64,000 nt of DNA from Nageia nagi (GCA_050084985.1 JBITNC010000001.1:150412001-150476000); one strand, 5' to 3'; counted from the first letter of the stretch, positions 11,672 through 24,829 are shown. Notes: generated by a model from the sequence alone, not told the origin. Numbers and translations are program-made.

Positions 11672-13169
11672 TGTTGGCCATATTCTTGTATTGGTGTTTT
11701 CGTTGTTGTCAAAAGATGCCTTATGCAGAGTAAGAAAGAAGTTATGTGTTGAAAACTAGGCTTATGCGATGGAAAAAAGGTTTATGCGGTGAAAACAACC
11801 CTTATGCGGTAGAGACAGGCTTGTGCGGACAAAGAACGAGATGTGGTAAATAGGCTTATGCGGTGGGAAACAATGTTATGTGGAAGATACAAGGCTTGTG
11901 TGGTCAGAAATGATGTTATGCGGACTATTATAGGTTTATGCGGTAGACTCCAGTCTTATGTATAGACTTATGCGAACAATTGAGGCCTTATGCGGACGAG
12001 CAAAGCCTTGTGTGGTGATGAAAGTGCTTTTGCGGAAGAGAAAGGGCTTATGTGGTGAATCACATGCTTATGCAGAGTAGCAAGCCCATGCAGAAAAGAC
12101 CTTATACGATTAGTTACATGCTTGTACGGAAAAAAAGGCCCTTATGTGGAGAAGCTAGGCCTTATGCGGTGAGGATTGGTGTTATGTGGAGAAGCTAGGC
12201 CTTATGCTGTTAAGACTAGAGTTATGTGGAGAAGCTAGGCCTTATGCGGTGAGGACTAGTGTTGTGCGGAAAGTCTGGAAGTCAACAAGTTTAAGCACCG
12301 ACATGCATGTAGTTAGTCCGGATCGTGAGATAAGGTGTCAACAATCGTGTAGGGAGCTTGAACAGCACTTCATGTTAACATTACAGTTCAGGGAAGCTGA
12401 AGGGACGTACAAGTGTATATTCTGCTATTGATATTCCAATCTATAAAAGATATTTGGATTGTTCATACTGCATGTTGAGTTTACGGTTATAAGTTGCAGT
12501 TACAGGGGTTGTGGATTGGGATTCAGATCGTTAAGGAAGATGAATGAGTAACTGAAGTCGTATGGTGTTCCAAGAAGATAAACAAACTTGTAATGAAAAT
12601 AAAATTGGGAACCTTGAGTGATGGAGAGATGCTGGAGTTGAATGTGATTGTGTGAGCAAACTGCCATTGAAGAACAAATTGTCACAAATTGACATTGTGG
12701 GCAGAATAGAGGCTATGAGGATTGATTGCATATTTCTAACAGAGATAGCCAGGAGTGAAAAATGCTGAGCTAGACCAGTGAGGGTCTTCTGTAACAGAAT
12801 TGGCAAGTTTGCCAAAAATGTCGCTTCTGTAATTTGTCAAGTTGGTGCTTGGCCAAGGGGGTTGGTGCTCCTTTCAGTTGCTGCTAATAAACTAGGGGTT
12901 GGTGTTCCTTTCGGTTGATGCCGGTAAATTGGTTGTAAAGTTGATGCTTTGATTTGGCTGAATTTGGATGGGAGTCCAAGCAGTCTTACCTGGAGATGTA
13001 GCCACATTGGTGAATTTCAGTATATTCTATGCTATGTGATGCATTCTTATGGTATATGTTCTAGTTGTTTTAAACAAGTACTATCTTCTTTAAAGGATAA
13101 AGTTAAAGAACTAAGTTTTAATCCTTTGCATCGATTCACCCCCCTCTCAGTGTCACTTGGAGAACAACA
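11672..13169 (+). mobile_element. Solo LTR (Copia-type), 1498 bp
   Basis: Termini tgttgg...aacaaca. Exact TSD AAAGG at 11667-11671 and 13170-13174. U5-like gattcacccccctctcag before the 3' end. ctataaaag near 12441. Confidence 0.92.
11718..12270. repeat. Minisatellite of ~20 bp units with core (c/g)ttatgcgg inside the solo LTR
   Basis: Roughly 25 recurrences of ttatg(c/t)gg at ~20 nt spacing. A higher-order ~40 bp repeat ttatgtggagaagctaggccttatgc occurs at 12142-12250. Confidence 0.88.
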
Positions 13170-14397
13170 AAAGGGACAAAAGGAGAGATTTCCTATTTCG
13201 CTGTCATTTGGCCACAGATTGACTGTGATGTTGAGTGTGAAAATTCAAAATTTCTCTATATCTTCAACTAGAATCCCAAGAGACCACTAAATTTGCAATA
13301 AATAGTCAAATCAACTCCAAGCAGACTGAAATTGGGACTACAGACTCCTTATATTATTTTCCAACAAGCATGCAAAAGCTTCAACAGATTCTGGACATTA
13401 TCACGATATGAGCAGTCCTCAAAACTAGGGTTCCTAATCATGGTCAACTTGCAGCATATTTGTACAAAAATGCAACCTGCAGATATCCAAAATCAATTGT
13501 TAATCGCACCTAAAATCAATAAGCCATTGAGAAATGTTAAAATTTTGAAGAGTCTCCTCTCAACGAGCTTGATGGGACACAACTACAGAGATTGGAAGGA
13601 GGAGCTGCACTTGAGCACCATAGAAATCTTTACCGATTAATGATAGAATATACTGTGGTTTTGATACCTCGTAGAAATTTGAGGTAGTCCCAAAATCATT
13701 TAACCACAATCTTTCTACACAACTAATAATATTGGGATGTAATATCCACTAAGCCTAAAGAGAGATTATACACTCGCAAAAATAAACAGAAAAACACCAT
13801 GCAAGATGACAACAGTTCCATAACAATGAAGAAGTTAGTATAAAGATGCTGAAATTTAGGGATCTTAAGATTCTTGCAAGTTGGATGTTAAATTGGGAAA
13901 ATAGGCTTTCTATTTATGGTCCCAATTGATGTCAATTTATCTAGAACATCTGAAGGTGGACCATAATAAATTGACATGACTTGTAATATATAGTAATAAA
14001 ATTATTGTATAATATTGGCCTCTTTCAGAGGCATGTGGATAGTAGCCCACTAACAAAATCATAAATCTCAAAGAAGGTTAACCTTCAATAAGGACTGCAC
14101 AACAATGCAGTCTTCTAGACACTATTACAACTCAATATGTTCAAAACCTCAAATAATTTCATCAACTTTCCAATTTTAATTTCAAATTAGTGCTGCTATT
14201 CCTAATTGGAATTTGTTTGCTTCACTGTTTAAAAATTAATGCCGGTTCATTTTTGTGCTACAATTTGATATCCCATTTGATAAAAATGTGCACCATTGTA
14301 TTGAAGGTAATTGTTATGGATGTATATATGTGAGGGTTTGTTCCAGCTGAACTTTTCCATCTTCTGACATGAATGGAAGTTGATGTCTATTACACAC

Positions 14398-14592
14398 CAT
14401 AGAATTAAAAAACTCCATTTAAACATGTATTTTCACAGTCCCGTATTTAACCATATTTTAAAAATACTTACCTTCTATAGTATTTTTTTGCATTTTTTCC
14501 CCGTTTTTCCCATATTTTTTCTACTGTCTTTGACGTATTTTCCGTATTTAGCCTTGGGCCATATTTTCAAAAAACCGTATTTTTATTCTATG
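14398..14592. mobile_element. hAT-superfamily MITE, 195 bp
   Basis: TIRs catagaattaaaaaac / gtatttttattctatg. Exact 8 bp TSD TTACACAC at 14390-14397 and 14593-14600. Several internal ccgtatt motifs. Confidence 0.9.
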
Positions 14593-14723
14593 TTACACAC
14601 AACTAAATATTTTACATGTGGAACAGGAAGCTATTTGAATTTGTGTACTTCGAAGTAACTATCATTATTGAAAGGTATCTGATCAGACATCTTTGTGTTC
14701 TTTGACTCCTTTGCTTGAAACAG

Positions 14724-16455
14724 CCAGACAGTTTAGTGACCCCTAAAATTGGATTCCTGGATTCTGGCAACCTGACTATGTGCATTTGCCATTAACTGTG
14801 TGAAGGTGGCATTCAGCTTATCTATAAATGGAGCTAGCTTTTTCTTTTAACCTACTGGCTCTAGGTACGGGTTTCAAGTTATTCAGTTTTGCAGTTTGCT
14901 GAAGCTCTCATTTGCAAAAATTGTGATGTACCAATCACTCGTAGAAAGAAGAGAATGTCAATAAGTGACACAGGTGGTCTGTAAATTTGCATTTTTAGAC
15001 AGAAGCCTCTAATATGAGCTGATGCCACATTTGATTGGTATGTATGATTTTGTATACAACATTTATGTAGATATTCTCATTGTTTGATGCATAAGCAGGA
15101 TGACCTTTTTTGTCTATTTGTGTTTATCCTAATTGCAAATGCTGAAGATCAAGAGCACGTTTCACACCTGATATTGTTCCTAGCTTCAAAGTGATTAGAT
15201 GCCAGGAATCATATCTGAGCTAAGATTCAGTATGTCCAAGGGTGGAATCTCTATCCAGTGTTCTCCAATCTTCAAGGAAAAGAAGAGAAAGCTTATTTGT
15301 TCATTCTTTTTTTTACAGTTAAGTCGGTGTAACAAATGAGATCGATAGTAGCATATAATATTATAAACATATGTAAGGCTCAGGGGTCTCTTAAACTTTA
15401 TCATAGATTCATTTATTGATGCTCAATGAGTGCACAAGTTCCTTTGCAGCATGATACTTGAAATGGACTGTTCATACAGTTTAGGATTGTTTGGATGCAA
15501 TTGTGGTAGGATTCTTTGACCGTACCTTTGGAATCTTATATTTTGAAAAATATACATGCTCAAGAAATATCGATCATAATAGCAATATATGCATGCCATT
15601 AGGAGGCTTTACATTTCAAATTAGAGAGCCAAGAGTGTTTAATTTTTTTAGTCTGGATTGGTCAATGCATTAGATAATTATATCATATATATTGGATTTA
15701 TATCACATACTAAAGAATGGTATATGGGCTTGTAGAACATAGCCTTTTGTTGATTGATTTAAAAGAAAAAGTGAATGAGCGGTATTTTCACCTCCATAGT
15801 TATATATATATTCAACGAGGAGCAGTTATTTCGTAAAGAAATTATAATTGGTTGGAATTAACCAGACTAATTTAATCATCTTTAAACATAAAGCAAAGAA
15901 GCATAAAAGTTTTCCATAATGGGTGCATGAACCATTTCAACCTTTACAAGTCATTTGAAAATCATTAAGGTGATATCATGTGTGTTTATTGTGTGACCTT
16001 TATCCTCTTTTAACTAACTTCGGTATTGTGTAGCTTGAACTCATGTAGTTTTGAATCTGAAACCTATGGAGGCTATGTTTTGCATTGTACATCTCCAGTT
16101 TTCGCTTTATTTTGCTCTGTTTACTTCATATGACATTGATTCATCACTTTTTCACTTGAATAGTGCAATGGCCGTACTACTTACCAGCGTTGTATAACCC
16201 TCTCTGCAATGGTGGAATTTGAATGAGATAATTTACAATTTTTTTAGCTTCAAATTAAATAAAAAAAGCCATCCCATAGTCATTATATTGTAGGTACTTG
16301 TATTTCAGAAATGGTCAAAATGGATTTGGAAGGCATGTCACTCAAGTTAGAATCTTGAATCCTTACAGTTGCAAGAGCAAATTGATTAGATCAATCATCA
16401 CTTGGAAATTGGAATCTTTTGCATCAGCTAGTTGATCATAGTAATAAGAAATTGG
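14724..16455 (+). pseudogene. Candidate multi-exon host pseudogene remnant, product unknown
   Basis: Non-TE sequence with AG/GT-bounded blocks: 14724-14805, 14865-14984 (VRVSSYSVLQFAEALICKNCDVPITRRKKRMSISDTGGL), ~15138-15310, 15450-15505 (MILEMDCSYSLGLFGCNC) and 16294-16455 (162 nt). Two junctions are phase-compatible and the internal stops are mostly TGA. No family recognised. Confidence 0.35.
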
Positions 16456-18187
16456 GTAAATGTTGATATTTGTAAGATCATCTTCAGTCAAATACTACCA
16501 CTGTACTAGTGCTGTTTTCTTACCACGTCGTTTTCTTACAACATCGAAGTAGCTTGTCATTGACCGGTAACTTTTCTTACACCTCTCTTACCCTTTTTCA
16601 CCTTTGCAAAATGAAAATAGCATTCCGAGTTATATAATTAGAAATAAATATCTTGAAGACCTATAACCCTTGCATTCTCTTCTGATTTTATAAATAATTT
16701 TTATTTTGTCAACTATATTTTATCTTTTCCAATAATATTAAAATATAACAATGTTTCTTTAATTGTTAATAAAAAATAAAAAATATTAAAATAAAGAATC
16801 TAGATACATCATAAATAAATTGATTATTATCATTATAGTCAAATGCATCCATCCAGCCATTGTTAAAAGTCCTTATTACCCTCCATAATTAAATTAATTA
16901 TTACCATTATACTCAAATAAGTCCATCCATTCAACCATGGTTTAAAAGCTTTTATTAACCCATTTGTCAAATATCCTATTATCTTTCAAGTCTTTTGTCT
17001 TTTCTAATAATGTGAAAATAAAACAATGTTTCCTTAAATAGACTATGAATGTGTGGATTAAAATGGTTTTGTCAGTAGGTTGTTCTGAAGCTCTATTTTG
17101 CTATCTTGGCTTCTGGTTGGTTGTACCAAAGTAGATAATATTAATATCAATCATATTTTGAAATCTCTTTTGTTCAGCTTTGGGATCTAGCAAAATCTGC
17201 ATTTTTTACCCTTATACAAAACTGTTGTTCTTGTAAACAAATAGAAGTTAAAAAATATAATACATGATAAGAAAAAGAAGTTAGATTAACAATAGTAAAT
17301 TGGTAAGCATCAACTTTCCATCCAATTTTTCAAAATAATGCTAAGATTATTACTATTATATGCATATACTTCAATTCGGCCATGGTTCAAAGTTGTTATT
17401 AGTCCTCATTCCTTGATGAAGAATATGCATGTAAATCCCACTTAATGAAGTATATTGTTCCATGTGTTCATGATCCATAATCATTAGATGCTTATAGCAT
17501 ATTTGGATTCTCACTTATAGATTTGAACGAAAAAACATTCACTATTATGAAACCTATCAAATTGCATATAAATTTGAAATTGCATAATTTAAAATTACAA
17601 ATTAACAATCCCAATCACACATAGCAAGATCAACACAATTATTTACCCTAGTTCATCCAATGTGGGCTAATTCAACATGGAATTAGTCTTCTTTTCTCAT
17701 TTTCTATGGACATTACTATATTACATGCATATAGAGAAATACCATCAAAATGACAATACCATCTTCTACAACACTTTTGCAATCTTCTATAGGAAAAACA
17801 ACTTTAGAACTACAAAAATTCTAGAATGACTGTCTTTTTTTAAATCTTTACAATCTCAAAAATCATAAAACTTTAAGCTAAGATTGAAGAATCAAGAGAG
17901 TAGCACATCCTTTAATAGGCTTGGAAATGTCTTCAAGATGGTGTTTGATGATCCTCAACCGTTCAACTACCTAAATTATCGATGCCTTTTCAACTTCCAT
18001 TGCTAACTCATCAAAACACAAACTATTAACAACTTGAAATGCAATAGACTTAGGCTGTTAATGAAATGGTTTTTGTCATCAATCACCTTCAGATTTTAGT
18101 CTTCGGTTAATCTCCAAGCACAGGTACCTTTAGGATGAGTATTACTCTTACAGAGATCAACTTGATACGATCCAACTTGGATCACAC

Positions 18188-21100
18188 CTACCCAGTGAGA
18201 AAGCATTTGATCCTACAAATGCATAGATGAGGATACAACTCCTCAACCTTGGACTTGTCCATCCACTTGACTTTATTAGGCTTTTGTCCTTTCAATCTAA
18301 CCAACCATAGGTATGTCTCACCTCTTCTTGTAGCATGAACCTCCTTTTGCAATATGAAATCTTCCTTGAGTTCATCCATAGTATTAGGAGCTAAGTCATT
18401 AAGAGATGGCAAAATCTAATATGAACCTCCTTCATCTTCAGTCAACATAGATGGCTCATACAATTTCAAATGTTCCACATTCACTACTGAATAAATGTTC
18501 ATATACACCAGTAGATTCAATCTAAAAGTATTCTTACTTATTTGTTCCATAATCTCAAATGGTCCATACCTTATCGGTTTCAACTTCTTGGCTGGTCCTT
18601 GCAACCTCTCCTTAATAAGATGCAACCAAACATGGTCTTCCACATGAAGCTTATGGTCAACTCGATGCTTGTCATGTCTCAACTTGTACTTGGCTTGGCT
18701 TATCTTAAGTTGTTTTTAGATTTTCAAATGAATTTGCCTAATCTTTACAACAAACCTTTCAACTTGTTTTTCTTATTTCTCAAGTGAATTTGCCTAATCT
18801 TTTTACTATCCAAACACATAATCAAAAGGTGATGGTGGTAAATAATCAAAATAAGTCTAAAAAAACTCTTATTAGTGGAAGAATGAATTGCCCTATTGTA
18901 TGAATGTTGGATATATTCAAGATGTTCATACTAAGATTTAAAATGCTTACCATAATAACCCCTTAACAGTTGAACCACTGTTCTATTCACCACCTTGGTT
19001 TGTCCATTCATTTGAGGATGAAAGGCAATACTCCTCTTCAAATTTGTATCCATTTTTTCTCACAAACATATCCAAAATTTACCCAAAAATCTACTCTCTA
19101 TTTGAAAGAATAGAAGTAGTTAATCCAAAATGAACCCAAATATGAGAAAAGAACAAATTTGTAGCATCTTATCCCGTTATAGTCTTCTTACATGAAATCA
19201 AAGCACACATCTTGCTGAATCCATCCACAACAACAAATAGATAGTTATGACCTTTTTTTGTCATAGGCAATCCTCCCACAAAATCCATTGAGATACACTC
19301 CCATGGACGTGAAAGTACTGGAAGTGGCTGATACAAATCCAAATTTCCTGTTACTTGGCTTACTAGTGCAATATAAAGAACACCCCCTTATGTACTTGGT
19401 AACTTGATCTTGCATCTTTGACCAATATACATACCTTCTTTTTAACCTCAAAATGTTCCACAATCTTTGAAGTATGTGCTTCTCTAATAAGTCAAATAAT
19501 TTCACCTATAGGTACACATAATGCATTAAAATGATAAAGAAGTCCATTTTGCAAATGAAAATCATTCAAGCCCTCATACTTGAACCTAGATGAAGATAAT
19601 TGCTCATACACCTATTTGAAGTTAGGATCTTGCATATATGCCTCTGAAAATGACTTAGAAAGAAAATGAAGAGATTTCAACACTGAGAGGAAATTTATTA
19701 GCCCCTGTTTGTACACTGTTAACAATCTAAAATCAATGTTGCACGTTGCTGGAAGCATGGATTTTACAGGTACAAGTGGTCTAGAAAGGATATTAACAAC
19801 CTTATTTTGTGTTCATTTCTTATATTTGATCACAAGATGAAATTATTACAAAAAATCCATCCATCTATGGTGTCTAGTTTGTTACAATTTTGATTGAGTT
19901 TGTAAATACTTTAATGGTTTATGATCAATATGAATGTTTCTTTTTCTATTAAGTGACGTTTCCACTTTTTAATAGCTTGAACCAATGCATACATTTCCTT
20001 ATCATAAGTAGGATAATTCAAAATGCCCCCATTAAAATTTTTGTAATGATAGCAAATTGGTTTACCTTCTTGTAACAAAATGACTCCTTATAGCATAGTC
20101 ACTTGCATCAGTCTCAACTTCGAATGGATTTTACAAATCAAAAAGTGCAAGCATAGGTGCACTAATAATCTTTTGCTTCAAGGTATCAACATATATTTGT
20201 TGTTGCTTTCCCTATTGGAAAATTTGCCTCTTGCCTGTTGCATTATGTCAAGATGATGTAGTATGAGAAAAATCAATAATAAATTACTCAAATATTGGAT
20301 AACACCTAAGAAACTCCTCACTTCAATTACATTAGTTAGCTTTGGCCAATCTATTATAGCACTTACTTTACTAGGATCTATCTTAAGTTTTTCATAACCA
20401 ATAACATGACCCACATATACCAAAGACTCTTTATCAAACTCACATTTAGACATTTTCAACAACATTTCCCTATGCAAAGCTTGAAACACTTGTCTAAGAT
20501 GTACATGTTCTTCCCAAGTATAACTATAAACAAGATTATCATCCCAAGTATATAACAATAAAAGAATCAATAAATGGATGAAACACATCATTCATCACCC
20601 TCATAACCAAATGGCAAAATAAGCCACTCAAATAGGCCTTATCTTGTCTTGAAAGCGATTTTCCAAATGTCCTCCTCCTTCATTCGAAAAATCTTGCCCC
20701 TTGCAACTGATCCAAAAGATCATCTATCCGAGGTAAAGAATAATGATTTTTGATGATGATTTTGTTAAGTGTTTTGTAGTCAATACACATTATCTAAGTC
20801 TAATCCTTTTTGGGAATAAAAACAATAGGTGACCCACATGGAGATGTACTTAGTCTGATCACATCTAGATATACTAACTCTTGAATTTGTCTCTTTATCT
20901 CTTCTTGCTCCAAAACTGATTACCGATACAAAGCTATGTTGGGCAATGAAGCATCAGGTAACAACTAAATATCATGTTGAATATGTCATATAGGAGGTAA
21001 TCCTTTGTGGCTCTGTAAATAAGTCAATAAACTCCCGGACCAATTTTTGCATCTGTTCTTCCCTTTTGCACATTGTAACAACCTAAAATAAGTGTTGCAT

Positions 21101-22600
21101 GTTCTTGACATCATGAGATTCACCTCACTAGAAGCTTCAATTTTCACCATTATTAACACAAACTTTTTAGGAGCATTTACAAAGCATTTTACCTGATTGG
21201 TAGTGATCAAAGGTAGCTTTTTCCTACTGTTATGTGCACTAGTTAGAAATACCTTTCCATCTTTCACCAATCTCATCTTGTTTAGTTTTTGGCAATAAAT
21301 ATCATCTTTGTCCCACATATAAAGGTTACCAAGAATAACATCACAAATATTTAAAGGAACAACATCAACCACAACTTCATCAATGTACTTTGCACAAATA
21401 CCAAATTTCAACTTACATTGTTTAGTGACTTGCAAACTAGCATTGCAATGCACCTAACCTAAAGGATATGGATTTGGATGGTTGAAAGTTTTCAATCTCA
21501 AATTACTTACCATAGATTCTAAAATCAAATTTTCTTGAGAACTCAGATGAACAATACAATCCACTCTTGTTTTCTTAATTTGGATTTTTAGGTGGAATAA
21601 ACAAATTCTTTATTCTTCAATATCTTGATATTCTTCAACCTTTTGAATAGCTATACAATTTAATTTCTTATCAACATCTTAACTTCCCTCAACATCCTCA
21701 CATTTAAGAACCATAACATTAGTTTTCTCCTTATTATTTTTCTTATATAGACATAATTCCAGATGAAGCTTTCAACATTTATCATCAATATGGCCATCTT
21801 TAGCATAATAACTATAATGCTTATTATCACCTTATTTCTTTGAAATATTAATGGTCTTAATTTCTTGCTTACCTTTATCTTGTCCTCCCTTAGAATTAGA
21901 AATCTTTTTGGATTCATCCTATTGTTTCCTTGCTTTACCATACTCCTCTAAATATTGCGCTTACACACAAACTTAATCGAGATTAGTAGGATCAAACAAC
22001 ATGATAGTCTTTTGCAAATGACTATGTAAACCTCCAATGTACTTCATTAAAGTTTGAGGATCTTTTACTGAAACTCCAAGCAAAGTTGTTTGTTTTCTAA
22101 ATTTTGTAATGTATTCTTGAACCATTTTTCCTCTTTGTTGCCTAAAGAATTGCCATTTCATTAATTGTTTATTATGATGTCAGATAAAATTGATCTCTTA
22201 ACAAGTTCTTAAATTCAAGCCAAGAAGATACTTCCAATAAGTGTTCATGACTAATAGTTTTTACATGGCTTTTCCACCAAACTAAAGCATATCTACTTAG
22301 ACTTTATCAACATCATTTACAACACCATAAATTTGAAAATAAACCTCTAATTGTTTCAAACAATTGTTCAAGTTTTTCATATCAACCTCTCCACCAAATG
22401 TAGTAGTATCCACTTTAGCCTCCATTTTGAATGGAACTTGATTTGATGAAGATGATGAATCAAGTCCTCCAACTTCATTTTGTTGCCTCTAATTGACATT
22501 TACATTTGCTCCAGCAGCCAACAACTCAACCAAATGAGCCAAATGATTCTCCATTTTTGAAAATCTCCTTTTAAAATTGACATTTGACATGGTACGAACA
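18188..22600 (-). pseudogene. Gypsy gag-pol, disrupted
   Basis: gag MKWQFFRQQRGKMVQEY; protease region VVPLNICDVILGNLYMWD; RT YTWDDNLVYS..MSKCEF..YVGHVI; RNase H FEVETDASDYA; integrase zinc finger YIRGCSLYC; KKLKPIRYGPFEI; C-terminal chromo-like YLWLVRLKG..KW. Confidence 0.9.
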
Positions 22601-22771
22601 ACAGAATGTTGCTCCTTCCAATCATCCATTTAAGTCACTCTGCACCTTCGACCAATCTCAGGATCATCTATAATCAATTATGATATTTGATATCTCTTCT
22701 AAAATATCAAAAAGCATGTTGTTGGCAGCTTGAAATCTCCAAAATTTTGGCCCCAAATTTTGCACACATAA

Positions 22772-22783
22772 GCTCTGATACCA
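22772..22783 (-). promoter_or_regulatory. Primer-binding site, tRNA-iMet (TGGTATCAGAGC)
   Basis: Exact reverse complement gctctgatacca, 2 nt from the 5' LTR. Confidence 0.92.
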
Positions 22784-23661
22784 TGTGATTTGTAATCACC
22801 AAATGTTTATAGCATATTCAGATCTTCACTTACAGATTCAAATGAAAAAATATTCACCATTATGAGTCCTATAAAATTGCATACAAATTCAAACTTGCAC
22901 AATGTAAAACTACAAATTAACAATCTCAATCATACACAATAAGATCAACATAATGATTTACCCTGGTTCACACAATGTGGGCTAATCAAGTATGGAAGTG
23001 GAGCCTTCTCTTATAATTATTTATGGATATTACAATATTACATGTATATAGAAAAATACCATCAAAATAATGGCAATATCGTCTCCTACAACACTACAAC
23101 AATCTCCTTCAACAAGGAGGACAACTTCAGGACTACAAAATTTTTGGAATGACTCTTGGTCTTCCTTCAAATCTTCACAATCCCAAAAACCCAAAAACCA
23201 AAAAACTCTCTAAGTTAAGATTAAAGAATCAAGAAAGTAGCATGTCCTTAAATAGGCCTGAAAAAGTCTCCAAGATTTGTTTGATGATCCTGAACAACTC
23301 AATTTCCCAAATTGTCGATGCCTCTTCAACTTCCACTATTGAATCATCAAAATATAGGCTGTTAACAACCTAAAAACAATAAACTTAGGTTATTAATAGT
23401 GTGGTTTTTATCACCAATCACCTCTTCATTTTAGTATTCGATCAATCTCCAAGCACAAATACCTCTGGGATGAGTACTGTTCATGTAGAGATCAACTTGA
23501 AATGATCCAATTCAGATCAATTCGTCATTACATTAATACAACACTTATAGATTTATTTTCTCTATTCAAGTTATGTTCATTTGTATTTGAGTTTATGCAT
23601 TGTGAATTTGTATGCTTTGTGATTAATTGACAATGCATTTGACATTTGAATAGTAAGTCCA

Positions 23662-23716
23662 TTGTACATAGTTTTTAAATTTAGTGGTTGTACATAGTTT
23701 TTAAATTTAGTAGTTG
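23662..23716. repeat. 26 bp tandem duplication
   Basis: ttgtacatagtttttaaatttagt(g/a)g occurs twice in succession. Confidence 0.85.
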
Positions 23717-24829
23717 TGGTAAGATGATGAGGGTCTAGGTGATGTTTTAAATAATTGATTTGTCTGTAGAGAAAGAAGTATTTGTGGAACTTTGTATATC
23801 TAATGAATATTTTAAAAATAAAGTAGAATTCATAGTTGAAAACGTGTTACCCTATATGGAGAAAATAAAATTTGCATTATATTTGTGTCTACAAACAATA
23901 ACAATAATTTGATGGAATCAAATAATACAACATAAGCATTTGGTGGAAACTCAAGAATAAATGAAAAAAAGGAATATTATACCCTTGAGCCATCTCATTC
24001 AAAGCATCAAATGTTAGGTAGAAGATATTTTAAGCTTGAATAGAATTTATTTGATGTTTGAAGCAATATGAGCAAGCTAATACAAAGGGAAAATAATTTG
24101 ATCCTAAGTAGAGAAAGAAAAAATAATTTAATGGGGAGATGCTTTTTCTTATAAAACATGATTGTCTCAAGAGCAATAATCATTTTGAACTAAAGTGACT
24201 AGAAGTAACTAACAAATATGCTTTTGAGAAAGTTTGAAATCATCATCGTCACAACAAATCAATTTGAAGCTAACAAGAAATTCTTCTTAGAAAAATAAAA
24301 AAATGTTTTGATTACTAGCTAATAAAGAAGCAATGAAAGTAAATTTCAATTGAATGCATTTGTAAACTATAAAAGAGCTTCTACAAGCTACATTCCAAAT
24401 TTACAAGGGATTAAGGGTGCCTCTAGATATCTCCAATCTTTTAAAATCTAAACAAATAATAATTTATACATTTAATTTGGGTTTGCTAGTAACACCCTAC
24501 ATTGAGATTGGTCAAACACTTGTGCACCATTCAATGTAACTTTCAAAATTGACCATAAAAAATAAAATAAAAAAGATAATAAAATGTGAAAATGATTATT
24601 ATAAATGTTCTATTATTTTATTGGATTATGAGCATGTTGATATGAATATATAGAATGCATTAGAATGAAAATTATCCCTAAAAGAATGATTTTATAGATG
24701 TCATACAAAAAATCATACAATAGAGGTACAATCTCATTGCCAAGCTTTTGATCTTAAGTACAATGTTGGAATTAATCTTCAAATGTTTGATATATCTTAA
24801 TATGAAGTTAATTAATGTGATGGTGCATT

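Larger units (their letters stand above)
4825..14129 (-). mobile_element. Old LTR retroelement (apparently pol-less in this copy) hosting nested insertions
   Basis: Two diverged homologous LTRs. Their right ends on + match: ccaataaggagtgcacaatgctagcagtccatatgacaatagtaca (to 5331) vs tcaataaggactgcacaacaatgcagtcttctagacactattaca (to 14129). PPT complement ctcctatatccccca at 5332-5346. Degenerate tRNA-Met PBS complement gttttgatacct at 13658-13669. Possible TSD aatca (4820-4824) / actca (14130-14134). The left boundary at 4825 is uncertain. Confidence 0.55.
17471..23519 (-). mobile_element. Full-length degenerate Ty3/Gypsy LTR retrotransposon (chromovirus-like)
   Basis: LTRs at 17471-18184 and 22786-23519 (tgatcc..ggatca / tgattt..agatca). 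PBS complement gctctgatacca at 22772-22783. PPT complement cacctaccc at 18185-18193. Degenerate TSD gttca/attcg. Domain order on - is gag, protease, RT, RNase H, integrase. Confidence 0.95.

Noticed and set aside
15138-16455. TGA recoding (selenocysteine, readthrough or alternative code)
   Set aside because: Seed-plant nuclear genes lack Sec machinery, and CGA-to-TGA deamination is pervasive in this window and sufficient.
22772-22783. tRNA gene
   Set aside because: Only the 12 nt PBS complementary to the tRNA-Met 3' end is present, with no cloverleaf. The same applies at 25259 and 32778.
23720-24829. Possible decayed transposase or exon sequence
   Set aside because: No motif could be read with confidence in any frame, so it is left unannotated.
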